A stretch of DNA of 64,000 bases from Camelus dromedarius (GCF_036321535.1 NC_087436.1:96598001-96662000); one strand, 5' to 3'. Shown: positions 1 to 11,725, numbered from the stretch's first letter. Notes: generated from the letters alone by a model not told the origin. A program made the numbers and translations.

Positions 1-189
1 TAATACTAGAAAATTTAGGCATCTCTATATTATTTGTTAGTTTTCTGGCATTCGCCTTCTATGAATTGCCTGTAATTGTAACTTTTGCCTATTTTTCTAC
101 CAAATTTTCTGGTTTTTCATCTTTACTTTTGGGAATTGCTTATGTAATTGATGTAACTTACTTTTGTCAGTTTTAGTTGTAGCACTTAT

Positions 190-2001
190 TTTATATTTGA
201 TTTTCAGAAAAATTGAGCAAGTATTAGAGTGAATTCCCATATACCCCTCCCTGCATACAGTTTCCCCATTATTAACATCTTACATTATCGTGGTATATTT
301 GTTACAATTAATGAATCACTATTGATACGCTGTTATTAACGAAAATCTATGGTCTTAAGGTTCACTCTGTATTGTAGTACAGTTCTACGGTTTTTGACAA
401 ATGCATGTCATCTGATATTACAGCATCAAACATAGTATTTTTACTGCCTTAAAAGTCCTCCATACTTCATCTTTTCTTTTCTCTTCCCTGCCCAATGAAC
501 CCCTGGCAATCACTGATCCTTTTACTATTTCTACAGTTTTGCATTTTCTAAAATGTCATATAGTTGGAACCACAAAATTTGTAGCTTTTTTCACTTAGCA
601 ATATACATTTAATGTTACTTTATGTCTTTTTATGGCTTGATAGCCCATTTCTTTTTAGAACTGAATAAAATTCCATTTGTTTATCCATTTACTAGTAAGA
701 AAGACATTTTCATTGTTTCCTGTTTTGAGCGGTTATAAAGTTGCTAGAAATGTTTGTATGCAAGTTTTTGTGTGTACATAAATTTTCAACTCAGTTGTGA
801 AAACACCTACAAGTGTGATTGCCAGATCAAATGGTAAGACTATGTCTAACTTTGTAACACATACCAAACCATCTTTCAAAGTGGCTGTAAAATTTTGCAT
901 TCCCACCAGCAATGAGTGAGATTTCCTGTTGCTCTACATCTTCATCAACATTTGGTATTGTCAATTTTTTAGGTTGTAACCATTCTCATAGGTGGGTAAT
1001 GTTACGTTATTGTTTTAATTTGCAATTCCCTAATGACATATAATGTTGATTATCTTTTCATATGCTTATTTACCATTTATATATCTTTGGTGAGGTACCT
1101 ATTCAGAATTTTGACCATTTTCTTGTTAGGGTTTTTGTTTTCTTATTGCTGGGTTTTAAGAGTTCTTTGTGTATTTTGAATACAAGTTCTTTATGAGTTT
1201 TACAAGTATTTTCTTCAAACATGTGGCTTGTCTTTTCATTTACTTTATAGTATTTTTCACAGAGCAGACATTTTTAATTTTATGAAGTCCAACTTATTAT
1301 TTTTTCTTTCATGAATAATACTTTTGATGTTCCAAAGTCATCACCAAAATCAAGGTCATCTAGATTTTCTCTTATGTTATCTTCTAGAAAGTTTGTAGTT
1401 CCGCATTTTACATTTAGATCCATGATGCATTGAATTAATTTTTGTGAAACATCTAAAGTCTGTTTGTAGCTTTTTTTTGCATATAGATATGTAATTATTT
1501 CAGCACCTTTCATTGAAAAAGATGATTCTATCCTTACCAAAATGTTTTTGCTCCTTTGTCAAGGATCATTTGTCTATGTTTGTGTGGGTCTATATCTGGG
1601 CTCTCTATTCTATTTTATTGTAATCCCAATCAAAACTCCAGCATCAGTCCTCTGACTTTGTTCTGCAGTATTGTGTTGCCTATTCTTGGTCTTTTACTTT
1701 TCCATATAAACTTTGGAATCACTCTGTTGACATTCCATCAAATCTATAGGTCAAATGGGGAAAAACTGACATCTTAATAATATAAAGTCTTCCTATCCAT
1801 AAACAGGGATCTCCCCATTATTTAGATCTTTAAAAATTTCTCTCATTAGAGTTTTGTAGCTTTCTTCACATATTCTGTATATATTTTATTATATTTATGC
1901 CTAAGATTTAGACCTATTTCACTTTTTGGTCCTAATGTAAATGGTGGTGTATATTTAACATCAAATTTCAATTGTTCATTGATGGTATGTCGGAAAGTAA
2001 T
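190..2001 (-). mobile_element. Old LINE-1 (L1MC-like): 3'UTR and ORF2 3' part; left half of an interrupted copy
   Basis: Reverse-strand L1 3'UTR/ORF2 motifs (ttcccaccagcaatgagtgag, ttttaatttgcaattccctaatgac). Breaks at 'ggaaagtaattgactc' and resumes at 5479. Confidence 0.85.
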
Positions 2002-2014
2002 TGACTCATTTTTA

Positions 2015-2142
2015 ATTTTTTTTAACTTTAAAAAATTTATTTTAAATTGAAATATATTCAGTTTACAATGTTGTGTCAATTTCTGGTGCACAATAAAGTT
2101 TCAGTCATACTATATACATATATTTGTTTTCATATTATTTTT
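2015..2142 (-). mobile_element. L1 3' terminus with decayed poly(A); left part of a SINE/L1 chimera
   Basis: T-rich tail, then 'ttgaaatatattcagtttacaatgttgtgtcaatttctggtg', the L1 3' end also seen at 2165 and 28755. Continues at 5273. Confidence 0.8.
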
Positions 2143-2445
2143 TTTAAACTTTTTTTTTACTTTTTATTAAGTCATTTTACAATGCTGTGTCAAATTCTAG
2201 TGTAGAGCACAATTATTCAGTTATACATGAACATATATATATTCACTGCCACATTTTTTATTTTGCTATGATCTACAAGATCTTGTATATATTTCCCTGT
2301 GCTATACAGTATAATCTTGTTTATCTATTCTGTATTTTAAAATCCCAGTCTGTCCCTTCCCACTCCCCTGCTCCCTTGGAAACCACAAGTTTATATTCTA
2401 TGTCCATGAGTCTATTTCTGTTTTGCATTCTATTTTTTTTTTTTT

Positions 2446-2859
2446 TAAGATTCCTCATATGAGCAATCTCATATGGTATTTTTCTTTCCTTTCTGGCTTA
2501 CTTCACTTAGAATGACATTCTCCAGGAACATCCATGTTGCTGCAAATGTGTTATGTTGTCAGTTTTTCTGGCTGAATAGTATTCCATCGTATAAATATAC
2601 CACATCTTCTTTATTCAGTCATCTGTTGATGGACGTTTAGGCTGTTTCCATGTCTTGGCTATTACTATTGGCTATTACTATTACTTGGCTATTACTATTA
2701 CTATTTCCATTGTAAATAGTGCTGCTATGAACATTGGGGTGCAGGTGTCATTCTGAAGAAGGGTTCCTTCTGGATATATGCCCAGGAGTGGGATTCCTGG
2801 GTCAGATGGTAAGTGTATTCCTTATCTTTTGAATCTCCATACTATTTTCCACAGTGGCT
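2446..2859 (-). pseudogene. Decayed C-terminal remnant of L1 ORF2p
   Basis: Translates as PLWKIVWRFKR*GIHLPSDPGIPLLGIYP...TCTPMFIAALFT...AKTWKQPKRPSTDD*IKKMWYIYTMEY. Two stops (2822-2824, 2615-2617), a 48-bp insertion and a frameshift. Confidence 0.88.
2655..2711. repeat. 48-bp insertion (2664-2711) built from copies of its own flanks
   Basis: Repeated ttggctatt and actatt units interrupt the usual L1 sequence 'ttggctatt|gtaaatagt'. Confidence 0.8.
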
Positions 2860-3000
2860 TTCCTTGCTTCTCTCTCCCACTCTTAATGATTTAGATGTCT
2901 TCTTTTACAATTTTGTGTTTATTCTTTTTGCAATTCATGGCAGTTATCTCCTTTCCAGTTATGAATTTCTCATTTTCGTAGCATCCTGCTTCTTTTCTAT

Positions 3001-3894
3001 TTAGAGTAGACCTGTCAATATTTCTTTTAGCATGGGTTTAGTGTTGCTAAACTCTTTGAATTTTTGCTTCTCTGTGAAGTTCTTTATCTCTCCTTCTATT
3101 CTAAAGGATAGCCTTGCTGGATAAAGGATCCTAGGCTGCATCTTTTTTTCATTCAGGGCTTTGAATGTATCTTGCCACTCCCTTCTGGCCTGTAGTGTTT
3201 GTGTAGAGAAATCAGCTGAGAGCCTTATGGGGGTTCCCTTGTAACTCACTCTTTGTTTTTCTCTTGCTGCCTTTAGGATCATTTCTTTATCCTTGACTCT
3301 GGCCATCTTGATTATGATATGTCTTGGTGTGGGTCTGTTTGGGTTCTTCCTGTTTGGGACCCTCTGAGCCTCCTGTACTTGGATATCTGATTTCTTCTTT
3401 AGGTTTGGGAAGTTTTCAGTCATGACTTCTTCAAATACCTTTTCAATCCCCTTTGTTCTTTCTTCCCCTTCTGGAACTCCTATTATGCATAGATTGGCAC
3501 GCTTTATATTATCCCATAGGTCCCTTATATTGTTTTCATTGTTTTTTATTTGATTTTCTCTCAGCTGTTCTGATTGGGTGCTTTCTGTTGTCCTGTCTTC
3601 TAGGTCACTTAATTGTTCCTCTGCATTACATAGCCTGCTTTGTTCAGTCTTTAGGTTAGCTCTCATTTCAGCAAATGAGTTTACTAATTCTACTTGGTTC
3701 TTCTTTATAGCTTCTATTTCATTTTTGACATATTTTATATATCTAAACACTATTTCTTTTAGTTCCTTCAGTACTTTGATCAGTCCTTTTTTGAAATCTT
3801 GATCTAGTAGGCCATCAATGTCTATTTCCTTGATCGTGCTTTCAGGGGATTTCTCTTGGTCTTTTAATTGGGAGTGGTTCCTCTACTTCTTCAT
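3001..3894 (-). pseudogene. L1 ORF1p (RNA-binding chaperone), 297 codons plus stop, one premature stop at codon 4
   Basis: ATG at 3894 reads MKK*RNHSQLKDQEKSPE... in frame with the 249-aa track ORF, which has ORF1p motifs (LWDNIKRANLCIIGVPEGEE, PRHIIIK, IRLSADFS, ARREW, YPARLSF). TAG at 3883-3885. Confidence 0.93.
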
Positions 3895-5258
3895 ATTGCT
3901 CATATCTCTCTGGCACTGTGGCTTAAGGAGTATCAGTTATCTAGTTCTCCTGGAGACAGTGTGCTCTTAATGACTTTATCGAGAGGTCCTTGTGTCTTTG
4001 CCCTGTTTCGCGAACTCAGCTTGCTGTTTTCAGAGGCCCTCTGTTGGCGCCCTCATCTGTGCTGCTCCCACTGGCTGTCAGCTAGCAGATTGTGTCCCCT
4101 CCCAACACTGGGTCAGGTGTTGAGCTCTTACCAGGTAGGCAGGCGGGTCATTCCCCCTCCCGATGCCAAGGTCATATACTGTGCTCGAAGCAGGTGGGCG
4201 GATCGTGCCCCCTCCCAGCACCGTGGTCAGGTGCTGTGTTCCTGCCAGGGAGGTGGTTGGCTGCCCACCCTCTCCGGGAGTCAGTCGCTCCACTGCTCTG
4301 TGCAGCTGCCTGCTCCACCTCAGGTTGGCACTCTGAAGGTGGGCTTGGGGAAGACCGTGGAATGGCCCTGCCCCTGCTCCGTGACAAATCTCAGCTCCTT
4401 GTTTGTCTTGGTGGTGGGAGTTCTCTGAGGTGCCAGGGCAGAAAAATCCTATCTGCCTCGGGCTATACACAAGTCTCAGTCCTGCCCAGGAGGTTGTGGA
4501 GACCCTAGGTGTGGATTCAGGTCTTGGCCCTGCCCCCACCCCCGCCCCCACCTGTGTGCTGCGCACAGGAGGAGATGGTGGTGGTGGCTGTGGCTGTGCC
4601 CCGCCTCTCTTCTCCCGGAAAGCGCCAGTATTGGAGGCACAGGTCTGAGGAGACAAAGGCTATGGCGCCCCTCCCCCAGGGCACACCAGCCTTGTTGGTC
4701 TGCTTTTTTCGCAATTTATGGGGGGCTGAGATTGTTCTGCTCCATATCCCCTCCCAGCCACAGCATGCAGCACCCTGCAGTCCCCCAGGGCTGCCTCAGT
4801 GCAGCTGCACTAGTCCTCTGCCGGGCTCGGGCAGCCTGTCCCGACCCGCAGCTGCTGGCTCGTGTCTCGGGTTGGGTGTTTGCGGGGACCCTTTATGCCT
4901 GTTTAACTCAGTTCTGTTGGTCAAGGGGTGCTCGGGGCAGATCTGAGCCTCGGAGGCTCCCCCTCCACCCCACTGGCCTCTCCACTGGATGGGGGAGACA
5001 CAGTGAATGAGCGCCAGTTCTCCTTTGCCGCTCCCTTCCTGGGGGACCGGTCCTGCACTGTTTTGTCTTTCCTTCTTTCTTTTTTCGTTTTCTCCTACCA
5101 GATTTTTGGGGTCTTTGTCTTTTGAAGAGGGCAATGTTCTGTCGGAGTTTGGCAGGTGCTCTGCTTGGCTGAGTAGGTCCATAGATGTGAGTTTTCATGT
5201 ATTTGTGGGAGAGGGTGAGCTACAAGCATCCTTCTACTCCGCCATCTTGCTTCTCTCC
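3895..5258 (-). promoter_or_regulatory. L1 5'UTR and internal promoter, GC/CpG-rich
   Basis: YY1-type motif CAAGATGGCG near the 5' end (plus strand cgccatcttg 5240-5249). GC-rich, with four C-runs at about 4528-4549 (G4-prone on the L1 sense strand). Confidence 0.85.
4095..4330. repeat. Degenerate ~56-bp tandem repeats (3-4 copies) in the L1 5'UTR
   Basis: Units begin cccctccc/ccctctcc at about 4096, 4153, 4208 and 4268; the first three share ggtca and cagg cores. Confidence 0.7.
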
Positions 5259-5272
5259 TTCATATTATTTTT

Positions 5273-5390
5273 CATTATGTTACTACAAGATATTGAACAT
5301 AGTTCCCTGTGTTATACAGTATAAACTTATTGTTTATCTATTTTATATATAATAGTATCTGCAAATCTTGATCTCCCACTTTATTCTTTC
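5273..5390 (-). mobile_element. L1 3'UTR segment; middle part of the SINE/L1 chimera
   Basis: 'ttactacaagatattgaacatagttccctgtgttatacagta...tatctgcaaatc' is contiguous with 2015-2142 once the inner L1 and one TSD are removed. Confidence 0.8.
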
Positions 5391-5478
5391 TTTTTTTTAA
5401 TAGAGGTAGTACTGGGGATAGAACCCAGGACCTTATGCATGCTAAGCATGCATTCCACCACTGAGCTATTAGCCACCC
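5391..5478 (-). mobile_element. tRNA-Ala-derived SINE (camelid Vic-1-like)
   Basis: Minus strand GGGTGGCTAATAGCTCAGTGGTGGAATGCATGCTTAGCATGCATAAGGTCCTGGGTTCTATCCCCAGTAC...(A)n: A box, AGC anticodon arm, B box and A-tail. Confidence 0.85.
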
Positions 5479-6755
5479 TGACTCTTTTATATTAACCTTG
5501 TATCTTGCAACCTTGCTTTAATTGCTAATTAGTTCCAGTAGGTTTCTGTTGTTGATATCGCTATTGTTGATTCTTTGGGATCTTCTATATAGCAATCATA
5601 TTATCTGTGAACAAAGATAATTTTATTTATTTCTTTCAAATTTGTATATATTTTACTTACTTTTCTTGTCTTCTTGGAATTAGCTCGGCCTTCTGCGACA
5701 GTGTTGAATAAAAGCACAGAGAGGGGCTTTTCTTGCTTTGCTCCAATCATAGGGAGAAAGCATCTAGTTTTTCAATTTGAAGTGTGATGTTAACTGTAGG
5801 TTTTTTGTAGATGGTTCTTATGAAGTTCACAAAGTTCCCCTTTATTCTTGGCTTGCTGAGTTTTCTTTTTTTAAATCTTGACTAGATATTGGATTTTGTC
5901 AACTTTTTTCCCTGTATCAATGATATAATCATGTGTTTTTTCTTTAACCTGTTGATGTGATGGTTATGAATTAGAGTAATTAATTTTCAAATATTTAACC
6001 AGCATTGCATCCTGGAATAAATCCTACTTGGTCATGGTGTCTAATTCTTTTTATATGTTGTTGGATTAGATTTTCTAGTGTTTCATTATGAATTTCTGCA
6101 TCTATGTTCAGGAGAGGTTTTGGTCTTGAGTATTTCTTACAGTATCTTTATCTGTTATTGGGGTAATACTGGCCTCATTGAATGAATTAGTAAATGTTTC
6201 CTCTGCTTCCATTTTCTGAAAGAGATTGTAGGTAATTTGTATCATTTCTTCCTTAAATTTTTGGTAGAATTCAATAAAAAATAACCATCTGGGAATGGCA
6301 CTTTTCTTCTTCAGAAGTTTATTAATTATTGGTTCAATTTTTTAAAATGCTATGTCTACTAAGATTTTATTTTTTCCTATATTAATATTATTTATTTGTC
6401 TTTCAAGGAAGTCATCCATTTCATCCAAGTTATCAAATTTGTGGTAGAGAATTATTCATAATATTCCTTGATTATCCTTTTAACGTCCATGGGATCAATA
6501 GTGATGATTCCTGTTCCACCGATGATTAATAAATTGTCTTTTCTCTTTTTTCTTGTTTAGCCTTGCTGGAAGTTTATCAGTTTTACAGTTTTTTCCAAAG
6601 AAGTTTTCCCTGTTTTCAATTTCACTGATTTCTACTATAATTTATATTATTTCTTCTCTTTGCTTTAAGCTTATATTGCTTTTTTTCTCTAATACAATAG
6701 TTCCCATTATTGATGTTAGATCTCTTTTCTTTTGAAATATGTGTAGTCAATGCAT
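5479..6755 (-). mobile_element. Old LINE-1 (L1MC-like) ORF2 remnant; right half of the interrupted copy
   Basis: Resumes 'tatattaaccttgtatcttgcaaccttgct'; typical antisense ORF2 tracts (cctggaataaatcctacttggtcatggtg, tttttggtagaattc). Confidence 0.85.
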
Positions 6756-8254
6756 TATTTGCCAAAGAACGACACATTTACATCATTTGACTTATCTGGA
6801 TGAGCTCAGTAGAATAACTGTTTTCAGTAAGATTGTATAGCATATGACTCTAAAGTTAATTGCAGACATCTATTTTTACCTTAAGATATACCATCTACTA
6901 CATGGATGACTCTGAGATTTCAAAGGGGTAAGGTATTATTTTTACCATATTTTGAAATCTGAATTTTTCTATTGCTTTTGTTTAAATGTTTTAATGGTAC
7001 TTTTGTGATGATGTGTATTATGTGGCACTCACTGTCAGTTTTTTCTTCTTTTCTATTTTTTTCTTCTTCCTTCTCTATTTTTAATTTATAAACTGTAGCC
7101 CACCACCATAGTAGGATTCTAAAACAACTATTTGATTTAAGTCACTGAATTTTCTCACCTTTGTACAACTGAAGAAAATGTGGAAATCATAAATTTTTTT
7201 AGTTTGAAATTCAGATTGCTAATCTATACTTTAGTGTATGAGTTTAAGTAACCTGATATTTTATCAAATACTATAATTATATAACTCAAAATATAAAATA
7301 TTTTCAACTAGTAGCATACGTGTGTGATTGTGCATAATTTTGACTTAGTATATACCATAAATGTAGGTAAACCATTTAGCACAAACAGAAACATTTTCTC
7401 AATTTATTGCCTATGATATGTATCTTTCAACTAAGATTCTGTATGATTTAACAACTGATTGAAATGTACTAACTTAAAAAATTAATGAAAATTTATTAGT
7501 TACATACTTTTCTCCTTAGGCAAAACTGTTTAGGAATTAATTCATTATATTTAAGGAGTGAGAGAGATATTTACTTAATATGAGTCCTATGTTATCAGAT
7601 AATTTACCTATAATCCTGTTCTAAGATCAGTTTCAGTTGATCACTTCAAATTACTACCTGTGGTTTTGTTTGTTTTTGTTTTTTGTCTTTGGGTGTTTTG
7701 TTTGCTTATGTGCTCAGTCTGTTGGTTATAAAGTCAGCACAGTAAGAGTAAGCTGGAAAATGTAACATTTTGTAAAGACTGATATAAGAAGCCACTAAAA
7801 TCATCCACTGAATCATAAGGACATCATTTTAAAAAGACTTAAGGATAATATTAATGCCCCTGAAAATAAGCAAGAGCTGTCCTCTTGAATTCACATTGTT
7901 GTTTTTTGCAATATTTTATAAGCATGTATGATCAAAGTACCCTTATTTAGAGAAATTGCTTCTAATAAGAGGTAAGAGTAGCAGATGTATAAAAAGCATC
8001 ATAAATCTGTTTGCTCATAAGGTCACTAGAAGATCAAAACTGATTGCCCCATTAGAAAGTCTAAGCTTGTCGAGGAAATGTCTGAACATTTTCTTGACTA
8101 ACTGATTTTGTCAAATACATGACTACATTCTGTCCAATTTACATTCACCACTAGAAGATTTTGCCAATGGTCAGTGGAAATAACATTATTTATTTAATTA
8201 GTGAACACTGTCTGGAAGGGTGGGTAGGTACAGTTTATTGTCAAGAATAAACAT

Positions 8255-8520
8255 AAAATTGTATCAGAAGTCAATTATAAATACATAACAATTTTCAGTG
8301 GTTTATGCAAAATAAATTTTTGTTGTTTTGGTGGTAATGTTACATTCAATGCAGTCACCTTGGCTGGATGCTTGGTTCTCTGGAGTTTCTTTACTATCTG
8401 GCATCCCATAATCTCTCTTTTCTAGTACCCCTTCTGAGTTTCTCTGTTCTCTAGAATCTCAACTCCATCCTGAAGATTGCTGGCTTTATCTTAGGATGGC
8501 AATAGTGGATGTCTCTGAAC
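8255..8520 (-). mobile_element. Degraded MaLR (MLT1-type) LTR
   Basis: Resembles the MLT1 reverse end (ttcagtggttta...aataaattt; ggctttatcttaggatggc). Confidence 0.45.
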
Positions 8521-10139
8521 ACTAATCATCACAATCTTCTATAATAGTAGGTTCTGTAGGATGGAGCATCCACAACACAAGTTTTATTTGCATGTTTAAT
8601 GCCTTTCATATGATACTGTCAATAAAATTTGTACTCAAAAACTCTACTTTCATCAGGGGTAGGGGGAGAAGAAATAAAAGACATGAGAGATACAAAAAAT
8701 CTCTCTTCTGTTGCAATGTTTGAAAAAGAAAGAAGATTGCTGTTGCAGTCCATAGTATTTTTGATATTAGCATTTAAGGCATTTGTCAAGTCATAGGTTT
8801 TGTAGAACAATGGAAATAACTTATTATCATCCTTTTTTACCCAATAATGTATGAAATCCAAAATGTTTCCAGGAGCTAGATATCACAGAGGAGTTAAAAT
8901 GAATGGCTAAAGCAGATGGGAATGAAAGAGACCAAGCATTTTCTAAACTAGGTTACACGGACAGCATATTTCAGAAATATAACATGTTGTAATGGTTATT
9001 CCTATAGATAAACTTTTCAGTTATGAGATTTGTTTCTGATGCTTTAGTTACTAAATACTCTTTATGCACAGTACTTCTTCATGGTAGAATATGCTAGCCC
9101 CTCCCCCCATACATACTCTCAAATACATGAATGTTCCAACTCAAGACACTTTTTTTTTTCCTGGGGACAAATTTATGAAGATTGCCAAAGATGACTCTTC
9201 CTTAACAAAGAAAGATGAAATGCATCTTTTAAGTTTATTAACAAGCATTGAGGTTTATTGCTTTTTGACAGTAACAATGCACATATACTGGAGAAATGTA
9301 GAAAAATGGAATGGGACGAGGAGGGTGGGAGGCAAGTGGGAAAGATGTTATAGTTAGCAAAAAATAAATTTTAGTGTCTCTTTTTAAACACAGAAACCGT
9401 GCTCACAAACCAGCAGTATTGTGGATATAAGGCATATTATAATATATTAAAAGTTAGAGATGAAAATGGATAAAGCAATGAAGTAGGAAATAGGTTAATT
9501 CATTTAACTGCTGAAGAGGCAGTCTGCTAATGAGCAGCTGAGATTTGAGAGGTAATTGTATAAATCTCAACCTTACTGGTATATACAGCTAATAGTCTTC
9601 ATTAAGAAATGGTCCCACAGGGTCAAAGAGGTGAATATGAGACTGAAGCAGATAACTCCATTAGTTCACTATGCTTTTCACACACTGTGCATGTCAAAAC
9701 AGTGTGAATAAGAGGGTCAACTGCTTAATTAATGCTTATGGGAAGAACAGGGGAATTAGGATGGGTTCTATTTAGAAAACCTAGGACTCTTTAGGAAGAG
9801 CTTCAGAACTATAATGGCAATCCTACTAAAGTATGATTCAGTGTCAAACAGCTTGCTGGATAAATGGTTAAAAATGCCAAGAGGTAGGTAGTTGTAACAA
9901 CTGAATCTTAGAAGAGTCCATCTTGAACTGTTAGATTAACATGCGTCTCCCTTGCTCGAGATTACAACCAGGTTGATTTTACTACTTAGGATAGTAGCTA
10001 GTGAAAAAATCCCACTGCAGAGACCACAATGTATGTAAGTAACCTTAGAGTTGGCTATGGGTAGGTAGGTAGGTATTACTTACATACATTCTCGCTACCT
10101 AAGGAAAGAGCTGGCCCTAATTCTGGTATGGCAGAGATA

Positions 10140-10463
10140 AGCTAATTGTTAAGTGAAACCCGTTATTCCTCCCCTTGACCCTGCAGTACACAGACTGCCC
10201 ACTTTTCCCACTCCATGTAATGGAGATCTGATGGATGAAATGTAGGTGGAAGTGATGTATGTCACATCCAGGAGTGGCCTATTAAAATCTCTCATGTTTT
10301 TCTCCATTCTCTCTCTTCTGCCTCATGGTTAGATGTGGACTCCTAGGAAAGAAGAGTCCAGAATTTATATTGGTCTCTGAACTGCTACATGGAACAGTAT
10401 ATACCATCATCATGCGTTGAGCTTTCTGGGAGCTAGAATTAAAGTGTATTGTATTGGGCCATT

Positions 10464-10498
<35 letters not shown>

Positions 10499-10530
10499 CG
10501 TTTAGGTCATTTATTTACCCTAATATAATG
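10140..10530 (+). mobile_element. MaLR MLT1 (J/K-like) LTR containing a long poly(T)
   Basis: 'gatgaaatgtaggtggaagtgatgtatgtcacatccagg', 'attaaagtgtattgtattgggccattgag', ends 'taccctaatataat'. Confidence 0.65.
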
Positions 10531-11554
10531 AGAATCTCAACTATCTTCTATCTTCTTTAGTGAATGTCTTTTATTCATGTAACTATTGAGGAATTATTTA
10601 TTATGTGTTCTCTCTGTGTCACAGACATTGCTAGTAACTCGAAATATAAGCTAGAAAGTGGCAAACACATGTGGAAAACTAACATTAGAACTTAAGCTTA
10701 TCTCTGCAGTGTCCAAGGGCCCAGGATTTTGCTCTGAGGCAGTTTTCCTGAGCCAAATGTTTTGTCTCCTTTGTATTCAAAGAGAATCAAGCACTTCTTT
10801 CTTACCTAGATTTACTATTTGTACTATTAATATATGCCAAAATTTAAGTTCTGACTCTGTCATCAGAGAATATTGGCTTGCAATAGTTATTTGCTTATGT
10901 ATATATTAAGGAAAGAATTTGTCTTTTGTAAAATTCACATTATAGAGAAAGAGAACTCATCTGTTTTGTCTAAGGCTGTCTTTCCAGACACAATATTATT
11001 AACTAGACATAAATAAAGCTTTTTTATCACTAACCCAGAATCACAATGTTATAAATAGCTGTAGGTTCTATCCTTATTCACTTTCACTTAGCTTCATTTC
11101 TTCTTGTTACAACCTCTTGCACAAAGACTACCACACAACAATGGAGATTTACAGTACTTCCAGTGAGATAATGCTAGAACAAAAATCAGGTGATTTCAGT
11201 CACAAAACCCTCTTCCTTTTTATGGAAGTAAAAACTGTTATAGACAGACAGTGGGAAATAGAGGATGTATTCTGTGATCTTAAGTTTAGCTATTTCCTAT
11301 TCTTGATATGAATTTTGCATTCAATTGATTGAACATTTAGAACCAGATTTCTGATATTAGCTTGATGATATGTAGGGTATTTTACTTCAGAAATAGGTGA
11401 TAATTTGGGAAATGAAACACTTAAGATAAAATGCTGCAAAACATTTTATGGACGAATTCTTCTTGTCATCAAGCAAATGACCTGCTGTTCTGAACATGGT
11501 AAATGAAATCTACAATAGAATAAATCAGTTGCAATTATATGAGTTTGATTCCTT

Positions 11555-11725
11555 TAGTCCAGTGATCCAGAAATTTAGGAGAGAGTTAGGGAGCTATTTG
11601 AAAATCTGATAAAGACTAAACACCTTTACCCCAGAAAAATACAGAAACCCTCCACACTTTATGCATAAATCAGGGTACTCTTACTCTGCCAAGGTCAACA
11701 ACTCCAAGGTAATAAAGAATCAATG
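11555..11725. mobile_element. hAT-Charlie-type MITE remnant
   Basis: 'tttgaaaatctgataaagact...ccccagaaaaatacag' resembles an old MER MITE core. Confidence 0.5.

Larger units (their letters stand above)
2143..5258 (-). mobile_element. Young LINE-1 with complete 5' end and ORF1, most of ORF2 deleted (HAL1-like), about 3.1 kb
   Basis: Minus-strand start GGAGAGAAGCAAGATGGCGG at 5258; T-rich tail at 2143-2166; perfect 14-bp TSD ttcatattattttt at 2129-2142 and 5259-5272. Confidence 0.92.

Noticed and set aside
3868..5324. Overlapping 65-192 aa ORFs on both strands, including possible antisense ORF0-like frames
   Set aside because: All lie in the GC-rich L1 5'UTR, where stops are rare. Several start at TTG/GTG and none resembles a known protein.
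5391..5478. Functional tRNA-Ala gene
   Set aside because: Acceptor stem and B box are degenerate, it has an A-tail, and it sits in a retrotransposed unit. It is a SINE.
10467..10498. Long poly(T), and similar simple repeats near 17983, 21466, 22639, 49171, 54508, 60516 and 61871
   Set aside because: Ordinary homopolymers and micro/minisatellites with no further structure.
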